Assembly: GCA_004431415.1 (NCBI GenBank)
Contig: QPMI01000032.1
Span: forward strand, 116,251-180,250
Direction: 5' to 3'
Length of the DNA stretch: 64,000 nt
Source of the DNA: Cyanophora paradoxa CCMP329
Lineage: Eukaryota > Plantae > Glaucophyta
Shown: one piece after another, positions 12,301-22,297 of the stretch
Position numbering within the stretch: position 1 is the first letter of the stretch
How the letters are laid out: each line of letters starts with the position of its first letter
Notes under the pieces: generated by a model
Databases searched by the model: none
Seen by the model: the letters and a program-made list of their open reading frames with translations, nothing else
What the model was told of the DNA's origin: nothing
Program-made: the position numbers and the translations under genes

Positions 12301-13462
12301 TCTTCACATATGCAACAGAAGGGGTCAAGTGTGTGTTCCTGGTCTTGGGCAGGAAAGTCAGTTCAGGGACAGGGGTCCTGTCGTCCTTTCCAATTGTAAC
12401 CATGCCTAGGCGCAGTGGGTCAAGAACCTTCTCCGAAATGGACTTGAAAGAAATGCCCCAATCATCTCCTTCAACAGGGTCGCGCCCATTTACCATCTTA
12501 AAAAGTCCATTGTAAGACCAATCGATGCGCTTGTATTTCCCTTTGGTCTTAGCCTTCTCAAATGCTCCTCCAAACCATTTGATGAGGACATCGAAAACAC
12601 ACTTGCCAACCTTGAATGAGTTGCCTTTCAAGAACATTTCCCTGAATGTAGTGGCTTGGGGGTTCCCTTCGTTTTTAATGAAATTCGAAATAATCATGGG
12701 AGCGTTTGTATTGTCTCTGAGGACTTGTTCATTTCTTGGGATGTATTCTTCATTATCTGTCGTGATGACTCTTTCAATTGTCATAATATCAGGGTAGGTA
12801 TCTTGCTCAATTAGTTTTAGGTAGCGGAAATCTTGATTGTTCGAGTTAAACTCAATAACTGCTGCAATAAATTCAGCAATGACAGTCCCCTCAACACATG
12901 GGAACGTATTGAAGGTGGATTGAACCAGACCGAGAGCATTCAGAAAAGCTGCCTTGGTACACTGGATACCAAAGGGGCGATTGTTCCGAAGCCTCTTCGA
13001 TTCGATGTAGGTCACACCATTCTCAGTCACTCTGTTCGCATTTGCGGGAGCCTGTTCGCCCTCTTGCAACTCACGGAAGAGTCTCACATTCAGGGTGACC
13101 ATGTTTCCAGGTGAGTTTTCAACAAACTCACGAAGGTTAGCCATCATCTGCTGGAAAGGAGTCAATCGCTTCCGCTCCCTCGCTTGCTCTGCTTTCTTGT
13201 TTTGCTTCTCAACATTCTTAGCGGCTCTCTCAGCCCTCTTCTCCTTCTTCTCTTGCTTGCGGACCACACGAGGATTGATGATACCATTGAGAGTATCGCG
13301 AATATCAATCAATGATTGCAAGCGGAGCCTGCGGTTGATCGTCCTTTCCAAAAAGTAATTCACTTGCTCCTCGCTCAGAATTCCATGGACACTACCCTGG
13401 GTAATGTAACCAATGATCTCTTCTCTTATCTTATTTGCAATTCTGTTTCCAGGGCGAGGCAT
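9375..13462 (-). CDS. PLV-B replication protein (~1362 aa): N-domain + PolB-like palm + SF1 helicase + HNH-like tail; one frameshift at 11186-11188
   Basis: ORFs 11108-13474 and 9375-11111 join if one G is added to the GGG run (GGEVKIYLFGE vs GGDVKLLWLGE in PLV-A); DMCKAYP, KQILVSAIG, LNTDCVY; GVVPGVGKT, IVIDE, GDPYQNPP, YVALTR. Confidence 0.85.
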
Positions 13463-13703
13463 TTCTTCGTTCACTCTATTAATATATACCTACAAAAGTT
13501 TTCCTTAAATACTTTTATACTCGCGTCAATTTTTTCCGGCAAAACCAAAAGTCTCCGACAAAATAAATTTAGTCGAGGGCATTTATAAAAATAACAAAGG
13601 GTTGGCTCGATCATCGAACTCTAAAAATAACAGAATGATTTTATTTGTGGTTCCAGCGCGGTTCCCACGGGTTTCTCAGAGCAGATCGCGCTGAGAAAAA
13701 CGA

Positions 13704-13961
13704 TTAACAGACATATTTCGATTTGCGACCACGGTTAGAATACGGGACACCATAAAGATACTTCACAAAGCAGACTGCATTGGAGGCATAGAGACGCTGG
13801 GAACTCTCAACGATCTTCATGGCTCTGTAACACTCATCAGTATGGTATAAGTCACGCATTTGCTTTGCGAATCTGGCATTGTACTTTTTCAAATATTCCT
13901 GACCTTTTTCAGTTTTACGATAACGATAAGTAGCACGCTTCTGAGCCTCACTAATTGGCAT
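13704..13961 (-). CDS. Conserved ~85-aa basic protein (putative DNA-binding)
   Basis: Homologs at 19962-20216 and 48322-48576; AQKRA...NAVCFVKYLY.VPY..RGRKSK. Confidence 0.8.
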   Translation of the reverse strand: MPISEAQKRATYRYRKTEKGQEYLKKYNARFAKQMRDLYHTDECYRAMKIVESSQRLYASNAVCFVKYLYGVPYSNRGRKSKYVC

Positions 13962-14310
13962 GTTGTCCTTTTCTACTCTCTTAATATATGTTAAGAAATC
14001 TTTAAGTAGTTTTTCTGTCTGTATATAGCGAATAAACTCCTGTCAAATTTTGGTCCCGATTGCAGAGCATCCAGTACGAAAGAAGATGCTGGAAAAATGA
14101 TAAAGCTACCGATACCCAGAAGGTTCACTTGTCGGCTGCAAGTTTCTACCACTGAACCCGGTAGAACAGGTGATTAAAGTGATTTACCTATGGATATTTC
14201 ACTTCGCTCTACAACGCCTCCATAAAAATGAAGAAGTTTTGAGCCTACGGGATAGGATTGGTTACGTAGCGCTAACAATGTTCAAGATTTTTTAAATTCG
14301 GAAATGATCC

Positions 14311-15072
14311 TTAACGGCGATAACCAGGTCTAATACCAAGCTTGGCAAACCCTGAGACCATTGGGGCAGCATTTGGAATCGAGTTGACTGGATCAGCCTG
14401 CGAAGTGGCAACCCGAAGGATCGATTTATTCAGGACCGGCAAATCCGTTTTGTTGGAGTCTTGATACTCAATGGTCTTCGCAATCAATTCAGTTGGTGAA
14501 TCTTTTACGACTTGAACAGGTTCAGGAATAACTTCATGGGTTACTTCTGGTTTCTTCTCAACCTTTTCCTTTGTGATTGGCTGTTCCTTGATCTTGTTTT
14601 CGTTTTTGGTCTCTGCTGCAATACCATCAACAAGACTCTTCGCATACTGATATGTCACAGATTTCAGTCCGCCAGTGGTTGATCGAATAAAGTAACGGTT
14701 GCGATGGTCTTTCTCGGAATAGGTTGAGTAGAGTCGTTCACCACCATCAAGCAGTTTCAGCAGTGTCGATGATGAGGCAACCTTGTCCTTTGTGGATGAT
14801 TTGAACTGCCCTTTCTTGATTCCTCGTTTGGCTCCAGGCATGCGGTTCAGTGGGACTTGGTCAACCAGGGCATTATCATCGTTACTGTTTTTCGTAGTGG
14901 CTTGGGTGTATTGGTTTCGCTCTTTGTGGACTTCCTTTTCGAGGTCACCAGTTCCGTATGCAGCGATTCCCTTCGATTTCTTATACCAGTTTCTTCCGTT
15001 TTCGCCATTGCCAACATCCGCTTCAGCTGCTGGTTTGGCTAAGAAATTCTTTGGCTGAGTCTTGCGAGCCAT
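14311..15072 (-). CDS. Lys/Arg-rich protein, putative virion core protein
   Basis: Homolog at 20537-21319 (shared NALVDQVPLNRMPG and SGFAKLG motifs); lies next to the penton; function inferred. Confidence 0.6.
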   Translation of the reverse strand: MARKTQPKNFLAKPAAEADVGNGENGRNWYKKSKGIAAYGTGDLEKEVHKERNQYTQATTKNSNDDNALVDQVPLNRMPGAKRGIKKGQFKSSTKDKVASSSTLLKLLDGGERLYSTYSEKDHRNRYFIRSTTGGLKSVTYQYAKSLVDGIAAETKNENKIKEQPITKEKVEKKPEVTHEVIPEPVQVVKDSPTELIAKTIEYQDSNKTDLPVLNKSILRVATSQADPVNSIPNAAPMVSGFAKLGIRPGYRR

Positions 15073-15107
15073 TTGTAATATCGAGACAAAATTATTCTAC
15101 AGTATTT

Positions 15108-16007
15108 CTATGACCGTGAGAATGGCAGGTAGAGTCCCTCCAACTCTTTAATGACATTCTTCAATGCTTTCTTTGTCAGGTCTTTATCATCTTCAGTAAT
15201 CAGTTCGAGAGTCATTGACCAATCCGTGGTAATATCGGTTTCAGCACCATTCCAATATGTAAGACGAACTTTTAGCGTTTCAACTTCCACCAAACCATTT
15301 TGCTCATGCGTGATCATGGAATTATTCGATGAATCGTATTTTAGTAGACTGCCTACCGTTTGGTCAATCTCAATTTTTGCAAGGGCTTTATCATCGCTGG
15401 TGTTCTTGCTTACATAGTTGCCTTTGAGTGGGTCAACATGAAGAAGGATGTATGAATTAAACAGAAGATCAAGTGGTATTACACTATCAACATAATGGGT
15501 AAAAGTGACTGCTCCGACTGTAACTGTTGCATCGAGCAGATCAGAAGCGTAACCATTTTCAGAACTCTCAGGTCTGAGATCTGGGAAACCAAGGAAGTTT
15601 GCTAAGATCCGACTACCAAAGCTTAGGTTGAATGCTGCATCGCACATGAACCTTAGAAACATTGTAACGGGATCATAGGTTACTCGAAAATGGCGAGTAT
15701 AGGTTGTTCCTGCTGCACCATATGCCTGTGAAGCAAGCTTCGCATTAAGGAGATTCACTAAACTATCCGAAGTATATGTCCCTTTTGCAATGGTGTTACT
15801 CTTGGTCTTAACAGCATTCCCAGCATCATATGTGGCTGTAATCAAACTTCCATTCTCGCTGAGATTGTAAATGTTATTGAACATCTCAAAGTTAGTCACT
15901 CTGCAGGCTCTCACATTTTGAATTGCATGGGGAATTTTGTAAGTGAAGTTTGTTGGGGTTCCATCATCCCGATCCCGAGAATCAATATTAAGGTAATGAC
16001 GCGTCAT
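15108..16007 (-). CDS. Minor capsid protein (penton), PLV-B
   Basis: N-terminal YLNIDSRDR...NFTY and C-terminal LKVRLTYWNG...DWSMTLEL pattern typical of PLV/NCLDV single jelly-roll pentons. Confidence 0.8.
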   Translation of the reverse strand: MTRHYLNIDSRDRDDGTPTNFTYKIPHAIQNVRACRVTNFEMFNNIYNLSENGSLITATYDAGNAVKTKSNTIAKGTYTSDSLVNLLNAKLASQAYGAAGTTYTRHFRVTYDPVTMFLRFMCDAAFNLSFGSRILANFLGFPDLRPESSENGYASDLLDATVTVGAVTFTHYVDSVIPLDLLFNSYILLHVDPLKGNYVSKNTSDDKALAKIEIDQTVGSLLKYDSSNNSMITHEQNGLVEVETLKVRLTYWNGAETDITTDWSMTLELITEDDKDLTKKALKNVIKELEGLYLPFSRS

Positions 16008-16059
16008 TCTGTTTAATAAAGCATTTTAAAAATTTCTTTTGGTATTTTAAACATAAGAG

Positions 16060-17286
16060 ATGGCACTCACTGGAACTACCCTTAAGGAACTCCTCGTGAC
16101 TCCCGGTTCAGATCAAATTTATCTATCCCCTGGTCTCCAAATCGGAACCAACCCCAAGTACAAACCATTCCTCGAGCAAGTTCGTCCCCGAGGCAATACT
16201 TTTGGCTTTAAGAATACCGCTTACTTTGATCTACCTCGCAAGCAACTCCTTGCTGGTGTTTCCCTCTATTTCAAGATTGCCACTGGTGGTGAGGTAGCCT
16301 GCACCCTCCCCAATGGTGGTTCTTCCTTCATCAATGAGGTCCGCTTCGTTCATGGTGGTTTCAAGTATATCATCCCTGGTGATTGGATCACTGTAAACGC
16401 TCTGATCGACAATGATCATGCTACCATGGGCAGCATGTATGCTTCTCTCGGTTACTTCAAAGAACTTGATCGTGAAAGCACAGATGAGGCAATGGAATAC
16501 ATCGTTAAAATCCCGGCTGCTTTCTGGGACGATGCCTACTTCCCACTTTGCACACTGGCTGATATGCCAACAATTGAGGTGGATTTCCGTGATGCTGCGA
16601 TTGTCCAAGTTCCTGCCGGTGGATCTGTTACCTTTGCGGATTGCTCTCTGATCTGCCAATTCGTTAACATCGCTTCGGCTGAGGCTGAGACACTCTTGAA
16701 GATGGCGAACGAACAAGGTGGCATTCGCATCCCGATCACAGAGGTCATTCACAAGAAGACCCGAGCGCTCAAAACCGCTGATGCTGGTGAATCGGTTGAG
16801 GTTACACTCGCTAATGTTTCTGGTCTGGTTCACTCAATTCTGATGACTGTTCGAGAGGTGAACAAACTTAACACCTACACTCACTCAGATTTCTGTGGTC
16901 ATGAATCTGCTGTTAAAATTGATCAGTTCCAGATCTTCCACAACAATCGCTCCCTTGATATCTCCAACAAACCCATTTCCGGTTTCCTCTCGGCAATGAA
17001 TCACATTCCATCCCATTATAAGGGCGTTTCAGTTGGCAATACCACCTACGGATTCGAGTCTGGAAATGTTTACGGAATTGTTCTATCCAAATCCGGAAAG
17101 GATTCGCTCCACAACTCGGTTCTGGGTTACCAGGATTTCTTCAACAGCAGCTCCAGCTACATGGATCTCACTGTTTCGGGATGCACTGATGCTGCTCCTG
17201 TTCAGGTTGACATCTATGCCCTACGACACAATGTTATGGTCCTAAATGGCTACAACATCTCTACCCTGAAAGTCTCGAACTTCTAA
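16060..17286 (+). CDS. Major capsid protein (double jelly-roll, PLV type), PLV-B
   Basis: 408 aa; FDLPR, SSFINEVRF, YFPLCTL, terminal VDIYALRHNVMVL; sits between penton and ATPase; homolog at 22298-23521. Confidence 0.8.
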   Translation: MALTGTTLKELLVTPGSDQIYLSPGLQIGTNPKYKPFLEQVRPRGNTFGFKNTAYFDLPRKQLLAGVSLYFKIATGGEVACTLPNGGSSFINEVRFVHGGFKYIIPGDWITVNALIDNDHATMGSMYASLGYFKELDRESTDEAMEYIVKIPAAFWDDAYFPLCTLADMPTIEVDFRDAAIVQVPAGGSVTFADCSLICQFVNIASAEAETLLKMANEQGGIRIPITEVIHKKTRALKTADAGESVEVTLANVSGLVHSILMTVREVNKLNTYTHSDFCGHESAVKIDQFQIFHNNRSLDISNKPISGFLSAMNHIPSHYKGVSVGNTTYGFESGNVYGIVLSKSGKDSLHNSVLGYQDFFNSSSSYMDLTVSGCTDAAPVQVDIYALRHNVMVLNGYNISTLKVSNF

Positions 17287-17365
17287 AGTTCTTTTCTTTC
17301 GTTAGAGTAGGAAGCGCAAAATTAGTAGGTAAGGGGTTTATTTTGTTTTTTATCTTATTACTGTA

Positions 17366-18124
17366 ATGGATAACACAGTAAACTTAGATGATATACCGGA
17401 GTTTGATCCTAGCAAAACAGTTCGAATCCCAACGAGAATTTTAAATGTTGGCCGCTCCAATACAGGTAAGACAATGTTTACAAAATACTTACTTTATGAG
17501 CTTCGTGACAAGATCGATCAGATCGTAATATTTAGTTCAACAGCTTTTACTGGGCAATTCAATGACATCACCCATCCAGATAACATCTATGAGGAATGGG
17601 ATGATAACATTGTTTTGAGATTGATCAGTATGCAAAAGAAACGAATCGAGAACAATGAGAAACGAAATAACTTAGTAATCATACTCGATGACATGATAGG
17701 TTCCAATTTGGATATGCATAATTCGGCTGTGTTATCTAAATTGGTCACGAGCGGCCGCCATTATTCAATTTCTGTGATATTTAATGTTCAGCGTTTATGC
17801 TCAATTTCTACTACCATTCGTCGTAATGTGGAGTTCGTTGTATTTTTCAATATACTTGGGAATGAAAAGGAATTCAATTGCGCCTTTGATGAGTACAATG
17901 GTGGAATGGATAAGAAGACCTACAAGGAATTGCATAGACTATGGGGTTATAATTACCAAACTGTCATAGCTAGCCTGCAAGGTTATGATATCAAGACCTA
18001 TACTGATAGAGCAGTACTAACAGATGATGATATAAAGGGCTTTAAGAAGTTTCTTAAGAGAAAAGCAATTAAAAGGAGTCAGATGGCTCGGATTCAGCGA
18101 GAAATGACCACAATCAGTGTGTGA
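17366..18124 (+). CDS. A32-like genome packaging ATPase, PLV-B
   Basis: Walker A GRSNTGKT, Walker B VIILDD, SGRHY motif, STTIRRN. Confidence 0.92.
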   Translation: MDNTVNLDDIPEFDPSKTVRIPTRILNVGRSNTGKTMFTKYLLYELRDKIDQIVIFSSTAFTGQFNDITHPDNIYEEWDDNIVLRLISMQKKRIENNEKRNNLVIILDDMIGSNLDMHNSAVLSKLVTSGRHYSISVIFNVQRLCSISTTIRRNVEFVVFFNILGNEKEFNCAFDEYNGGMDKKTYKELHRLWGYNYQTVIASLQGYDIKTYTDRAVLTDDDIKGFKKFLKRKAIKRSQMARIQREMTTISV

Positions 18125-18389
18125 AAGGTCGTTATTTGAGAACTAGTGTATGGCAAGGTAGCTTGAAATAATGAGATGATTATGTAGTTGCGTAGAGCTT
18201 AACAAGCGCTTCAAAAAGCTATGCAGAACGTCGCGAGTTGATAATCTGGTGATGAGATAGAAGCGTTTGAAGATGCCGATAATCGATTTACCGAAACTTC
18301 GGTGAAACTTCGACGTGTGATAAACACAGTGTGATTTAAATCACAGGGGGGGGGAAAGGTTTTAGTCACAGGTGATACAAATCACAGGG

Positions 18390-18660
18390 TGGTTTATACC
18401 ACGAATTATGTTTTAGCTAGTGGTTTCTACCACGAATTATAATTAAGCTAGTGGTTTCTACCACGAATTATAATTAAGCTAGTGGTTTCTACCACGAATT
18501 AGTGGTTTAAAGCACGAATTAAGTTTTAATTTGTGGTTTCAAGCACGAATTAAGTTTTAATTTGTGGTTTCAAGCACGAATTAAGTTTTAATTTGTGGTT
18601 TCAAGCACGAATTAAGTTTTAATTTGTGGTTTCAAGCACGAATTAGTGATTGAAAGCACG
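18390..18660. repeat. Tandem array of 31-bp units (two variants) in the PLV-B subterminal region
   Basis: CCACGAATTATAATTAAGCTAGTGGTTTCTA about 3x, then AGCACGAATTAAGTTTTAATTTGTGGTTTCA 4x. Confidence 0.9.
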
Positions 18661-19072
18661 CGTGATAAAAAGCACGCGTGATAAAAAGCACACCAATCAG
18701 ATTGCGTCACACATTGCGTCACAATACATCATGACAATATACACATCGCCGTGATCGTCATAATCTCCCGAGTCACGTGGTATGTCATATATATCATATA
18801 CATATACATCGTCATCATGACGTCATATATATCACATATACACAAATTGATATGTTATAGGTTTTACCATAAATCGTTTTTCTATGATATATATCATATA
18901 TACTATATTGATATATTGACGTATATACGATTAAAAAGCATTTTCACTTCTATTGTTTTTATTGTCGTTTCTATCGTTGTTTCTAGTGTAGAAAATACAG
19001 TGAAAAACCGTTTGAAAAATACAGTAAAAAATGAGAGGTTTTTCAAACGAAGTTTAAACTGAAATCACTTTG

Positions 19073-19315
19073 TAAATCATGGGAGACACGGCGGATAAAA
19101 AGGATATAACTTCGATTAAATATAATTAATCGAGATTATGATATAACTTCGATAAATAAGATTTAAGATATAACTTCGATTAATTCGATTTTTGTTACTG
19201 GGGCTTACTGAGATTACTGTTGAATAGGAATAGGGTTACTGGGAATGGTTTGTTTTTGATTTGTTTTTGATTTTTTCGCGGGTATTTTTTTGGAGACACG
19301 GCGCAGTGCTGAGCT
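19073..19315 (-). repeat. PLV-B right TIR
   Basis: Reverse complement of 8074-8316. Confidence 0.93.
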
Positions 19316-19755
19316 TCACCCCATTCTTCCACAACCCTAACGTTTTTGGGGGCTTTTGTCACAATCAACCGATACATACGAAAATACATAGTCACAGTGT
19401 CGCCCTCTAAATTCTCGATTTTCTCTTTTAGATTTTTCATCAGCTTCTGGAACCGGCTAATATGTGTCTTGGTGTTGCGTTGCGGGCGCTGGTCTGTTAG
19501 TTCCTGGGGAACGTCGATAGCACCCAATCTTTGGAACTCATCCCCCACCTCGCGCTTTGTAAGGTTATTCTCGTAAATTCCCTTTGCTGTGTCATTCCAA
19601 TCTTTTGCCGTTTTTAACGTAATTCGCCTGGCTATCGCATTGAGAATAAGGTTAGCTTGCTCTGTTGTCATCAATCCATGAACAAGACTCATAGTAGTGT
19701 AACCAATAGTGTCTTCATTAAGCTTTCTGATCAACCGGTTGGAAGGGCGAGGCAT
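19316..19755 (-). pseudogene. 5' fragment of the PLV-A replication gene
   Basis: MPRPSNRLIRK matches MPRPGNRIANK of PLV-B; reads in frame into 8068 after PLV-B is removed (EEWGDRYYQVLKDRK). Confidence 0.9.
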
Positions 19756-19961
19756 CTCGTTGCGTTCTTATATATATCCAAAGAAAATTATCCTTAAATC
19801 ATTTTTTCAGTTCTGCGTCATTTTTTGCCCGACGGAAATTTCACAAAAATAACAAAAGGGTTGGCTCGATAAACAAGCTCGAAAAATAACACGAAAGCAT
19901 TTTTTATTTAGCGCGGTTGCGCATTCGTTTCCTCAGCTTCAATCGCGCCGAGAAAAAGGAT

Positions 19962-20216
19962 TTAGATATACTTAGATGGGCGACCGACATTATTATAGGG
20001 AACGCCAAACAAGAATTTCACGAAACAAATCGCATTGTTTGAATACGCACGGTGACTTGCTTGAACGATTTTCATTGAGCGATAGCAATCATCAGATTGA
20101 TAAAGCTCGTAAACCTTTTTTCGCATTTTTTCCTTGTTCTTTTGAAGCGCAATTTTGCCTTTCCCGGTAGCCCGGTAATTAGCATTTGCACGCTTCTGAG
20201 CCGCACTTGTCGTCAT
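19962..20216 (-). CDS. Conserved ~85-aa basic protein, PLV-A
   Basis: Homolog of 13704-13961 in the syntenic position. Confidence 0.8.
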   Translation of the reverse strand: MTTSAAQKRANANYRATGKGKIALQKNKEKMRKKVYELYQSDDCYRSMKIVQASHRAYSNNAICFVKFLFGVPYNNVGRPSKYI

Positions 20217-20536
20217 TCTCTCAACCTCTGCTACTATATAGCAAGAAATCTTTAAATGATTTTCTTCTTTGATATACCTTTTTTCAGAACGTAATCATTT
20301 TTTGACCCCTACAACCGGTAGAAGCTACAAAAATAAGCGAAAGGTGCCCCGATGCCCGATGCGTGGCTGACTTGTCGGGGGCGCCCAAGTTTCTACCAAT
20401 GAACCCGGTAGAACAGGTGTTAAACGAAATGCACATGGATCCTACGAAAAAAAGGATAAAATGCGCGAGCACTCATCTACGAGAAAGGTTCTTGTTACGT
20501 AGCGCTACTATTGGGCGAGAAAATAATAAGGTCGGC

Positions 20537-21319
20537 TCAGAGCCTCCTGTAACCTGGCTTTAATCCGAGCTTTGCGAATCCGCTAATAAATGGCTGGGAC
20601 ACACGGGGAATGGAGTTAAGCGGCTCACTTGTCGAGGCGGCGATTTTAAGAATGTGCTTGTTTGCGATAGGGAGATTGGTGGCGGTGTTGGTGTCTTGTA
20701 GTGCGATCGTTTTCGCAATTAACTGATCGGGTGTGGCACTGATGGCTGGCGCGATTGGATCAGCTACGACATCAGCGGTCACAGTTGGCTTTTCGTCAAC
20801 CTTTTCCTTCGTGATCTTTTGCTCCATGATCTGGTTTTCGAGCTTCGTCTCTTTGGCAATGCCTTCCACCAATTCTTTCGCACTGGCTCGTGTGAGACTG
20901 GATATGCCCTTGCCTGGCTTCGCAAGATAATAGCGGTAGCGATCGCCTGTCTGCACCGAATAAATGTTGCCGATATCGAGCTCTTTCAGTAACACTTTTT
21001 TCGAGGCGATTCGTTCCTTTGTCGAATTTATGATCGTTCCCTTCTTTCGTCCCCTCTTGTTGCCGGGCATCTTATTCAGCGGGACTTCATCAATCAGAGC
21101 GTTCGCATCGTTTCTATCACTGATCTGTCCTTGAATGAACTCGTTTCGTGACGAGTGGACATCGCGCTCAATATCACCCACGTGATACACAGCTTTGGCT
21201 TTGTCTGCTTTGCCTCTTCCAAATTTAGTGGGGGTATCCACGTCTGCCACACTTGCTGGCGTGCTGAGGTAATCTTTCGGTTTGGTTTTGCGTGGTTTTG
21301 CGGTAGTTTGACGTGGCAT
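20537..21319 (-). CDS. Lys/Arg-rich putative core protein, PLV-A
   Basis: Homolog of 14311-15072. Confidence 0.6.
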   Translation of the reverse strand: MPRQTTAKPRKTKPKDYLSTPASVADVDTPTKFGRGKADKAKAVYHVGDIERDVHSSRNEFIQGQISDRNDANALIDEVPLNKMPGNKRGRKKGTIINSTKERIASKKVLLKELDIGNIYSVQTGDRYRYYLAKPGKGISSLTRASAKELVEGIAKETKLENQIMEQKITKEKVDEKPTVTADVVADPIAPAISATPDQLIAKTIALQDTNTATNLPIANKHILKIAASTSEPLNSIPRVSQPFISGFAKLGLKPGYRRL

Positions 21320-21348
21320 TGATTCTTAATTTAGGGTGCGATATTAAT

Positions 21349-22245
21349 TTACGAAAATGACCTATCGAATGGGAGGAGGTGATCCTGCAAATCGGCAAAT
21401 ATAGCTTTGAGGTCTTTCTTGTTTCTGTTGCCACCATCGTCAGTGACGATTTCGAGTGTCATGCTCCAATCGCTGTGCAAGATGACCTGAATCCCATTAT
21501 AGTATTTCAGTGCGATGTCGAGGTATTCAAGCTCGCGGTCTATCATGTCAGATGCTACCATAGTCGCATTGGAACCCTCGTATTTTAACAGGGCTCCGAC
21601 TTGCTGGTCGAGAATGATCTTTGCGATTGCGTAGCAATCGGATGGGTTGCGACTGATCACAGTGCCTCGTAGTTGCTCAATGTGTAGTAACATGTATGAG
21701 TAATAAAGGAGGTCGAGGGGAACCTCCGAATATAATTCGTGTGTGTAAACGAGTGCATCATACGTTTCGTTCACTGCCAACACTGCACCTAAATACAGTT
21801 TGTCAGCGACCTGGAATCCTGTAAAGTTTGCCACTGGAAGCGAGGCAAACCGGAGACCGAATGCCTCATTCGAAAGGATCCTTAGTTTCATGGTGTTTGA
21901 GTCGTAGAACACTTTGAATTTGCGGGTGTAGGTTCCACCTCCATTCTGCGCATACTGCTGTGTGCCAATCAGAACGTTAAGGTAATTAACGAGGCTCGTG
22001 GGGTCGTAGTTTCCGGCTTTAAAGGTGTTTGTCCGGGTCTTCTGGGCATTGATGTTATCGTAGGTGACTGTGGTAATGCTTCCATCTGTGGTGAGGTTGT
22101 ATAGATTATTAAATAGCTCAAAATTCGTGATCCTGCAAGATTTGACTCGCTTCACGGGATAGGGAAGTTTATAGCGGAAATTCGCGGAACTGGTAGAATC
22201 AGCTTCGCGATCCCTGGAATCGATATTGATTAGTATTTTTCCCAT
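21349..22245 (-). CDS. Minor capsid protein (penton), PLV-A
   Basis: LINIDSRDR...NFRYKLP; DWSMTLEI; homolog of 15108-16007. Confidence 0.8.
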   Translation of the reverse strand: MGKILINIDSRDREADSTSSANFRYKLPYPVKRVKSCRITNFELFNNLYNLTTDGSITTVTYDNINAQKTRTNTFKAGNYDPTSLVNYLNVLIGTQQYAQNGGGTYTRKFKVFYDSNTMKLRILSNEAFGLRFASLPVANFTGFQVADKLYLGAVLAVNETYDALVYTHELYSEVPLDLLYYSYMLLHIEQLRGTVISRNPSDCYAIAKIILDQQVGALLKYEGSNATMVASDMIDRELEYLDIALKYYNGIQVILHSDWSMTLEIVTDDGGNRNKKDLKAIFADLQDHLLPFDRSFS

Positions 22246-22297
22246 TTGTGTTCGTTACTATCCGTGTATAAATTATTTTGTTCACGATTAGTAAACA

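Larger units (their letters stand above)
8074..19315. mobile_element. PLV-B: complete 11,242-bp Polinton-like virus nested in PLV-A
   Basis: TIRs at 8074-8316 and 19073-19315 (a few mismatches); AG...CT termini; TSD TCACC at 8069-8073 and 19316-19320; same gene order as PLV-A. Confidence 0.95.

Noticed and set aside
16231-16833. Antisense ORFs over the MCP genes (also 22907-23347)
   Set aside because: Shadow frames of the codon-biased capsid genes; start and stop positions are not conserved between A and B
18390-18660. CRISPR-like array
   Set aside because: Units are contiguous tandem repeats with no unique spacers, there are no cas genes, and the context is eukaryotic
19195-19315. C-terminal extension of ORF 19195-19755 as a real protein
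   Set aside because: It is read-through into the PLV-B TIR created by the insertion
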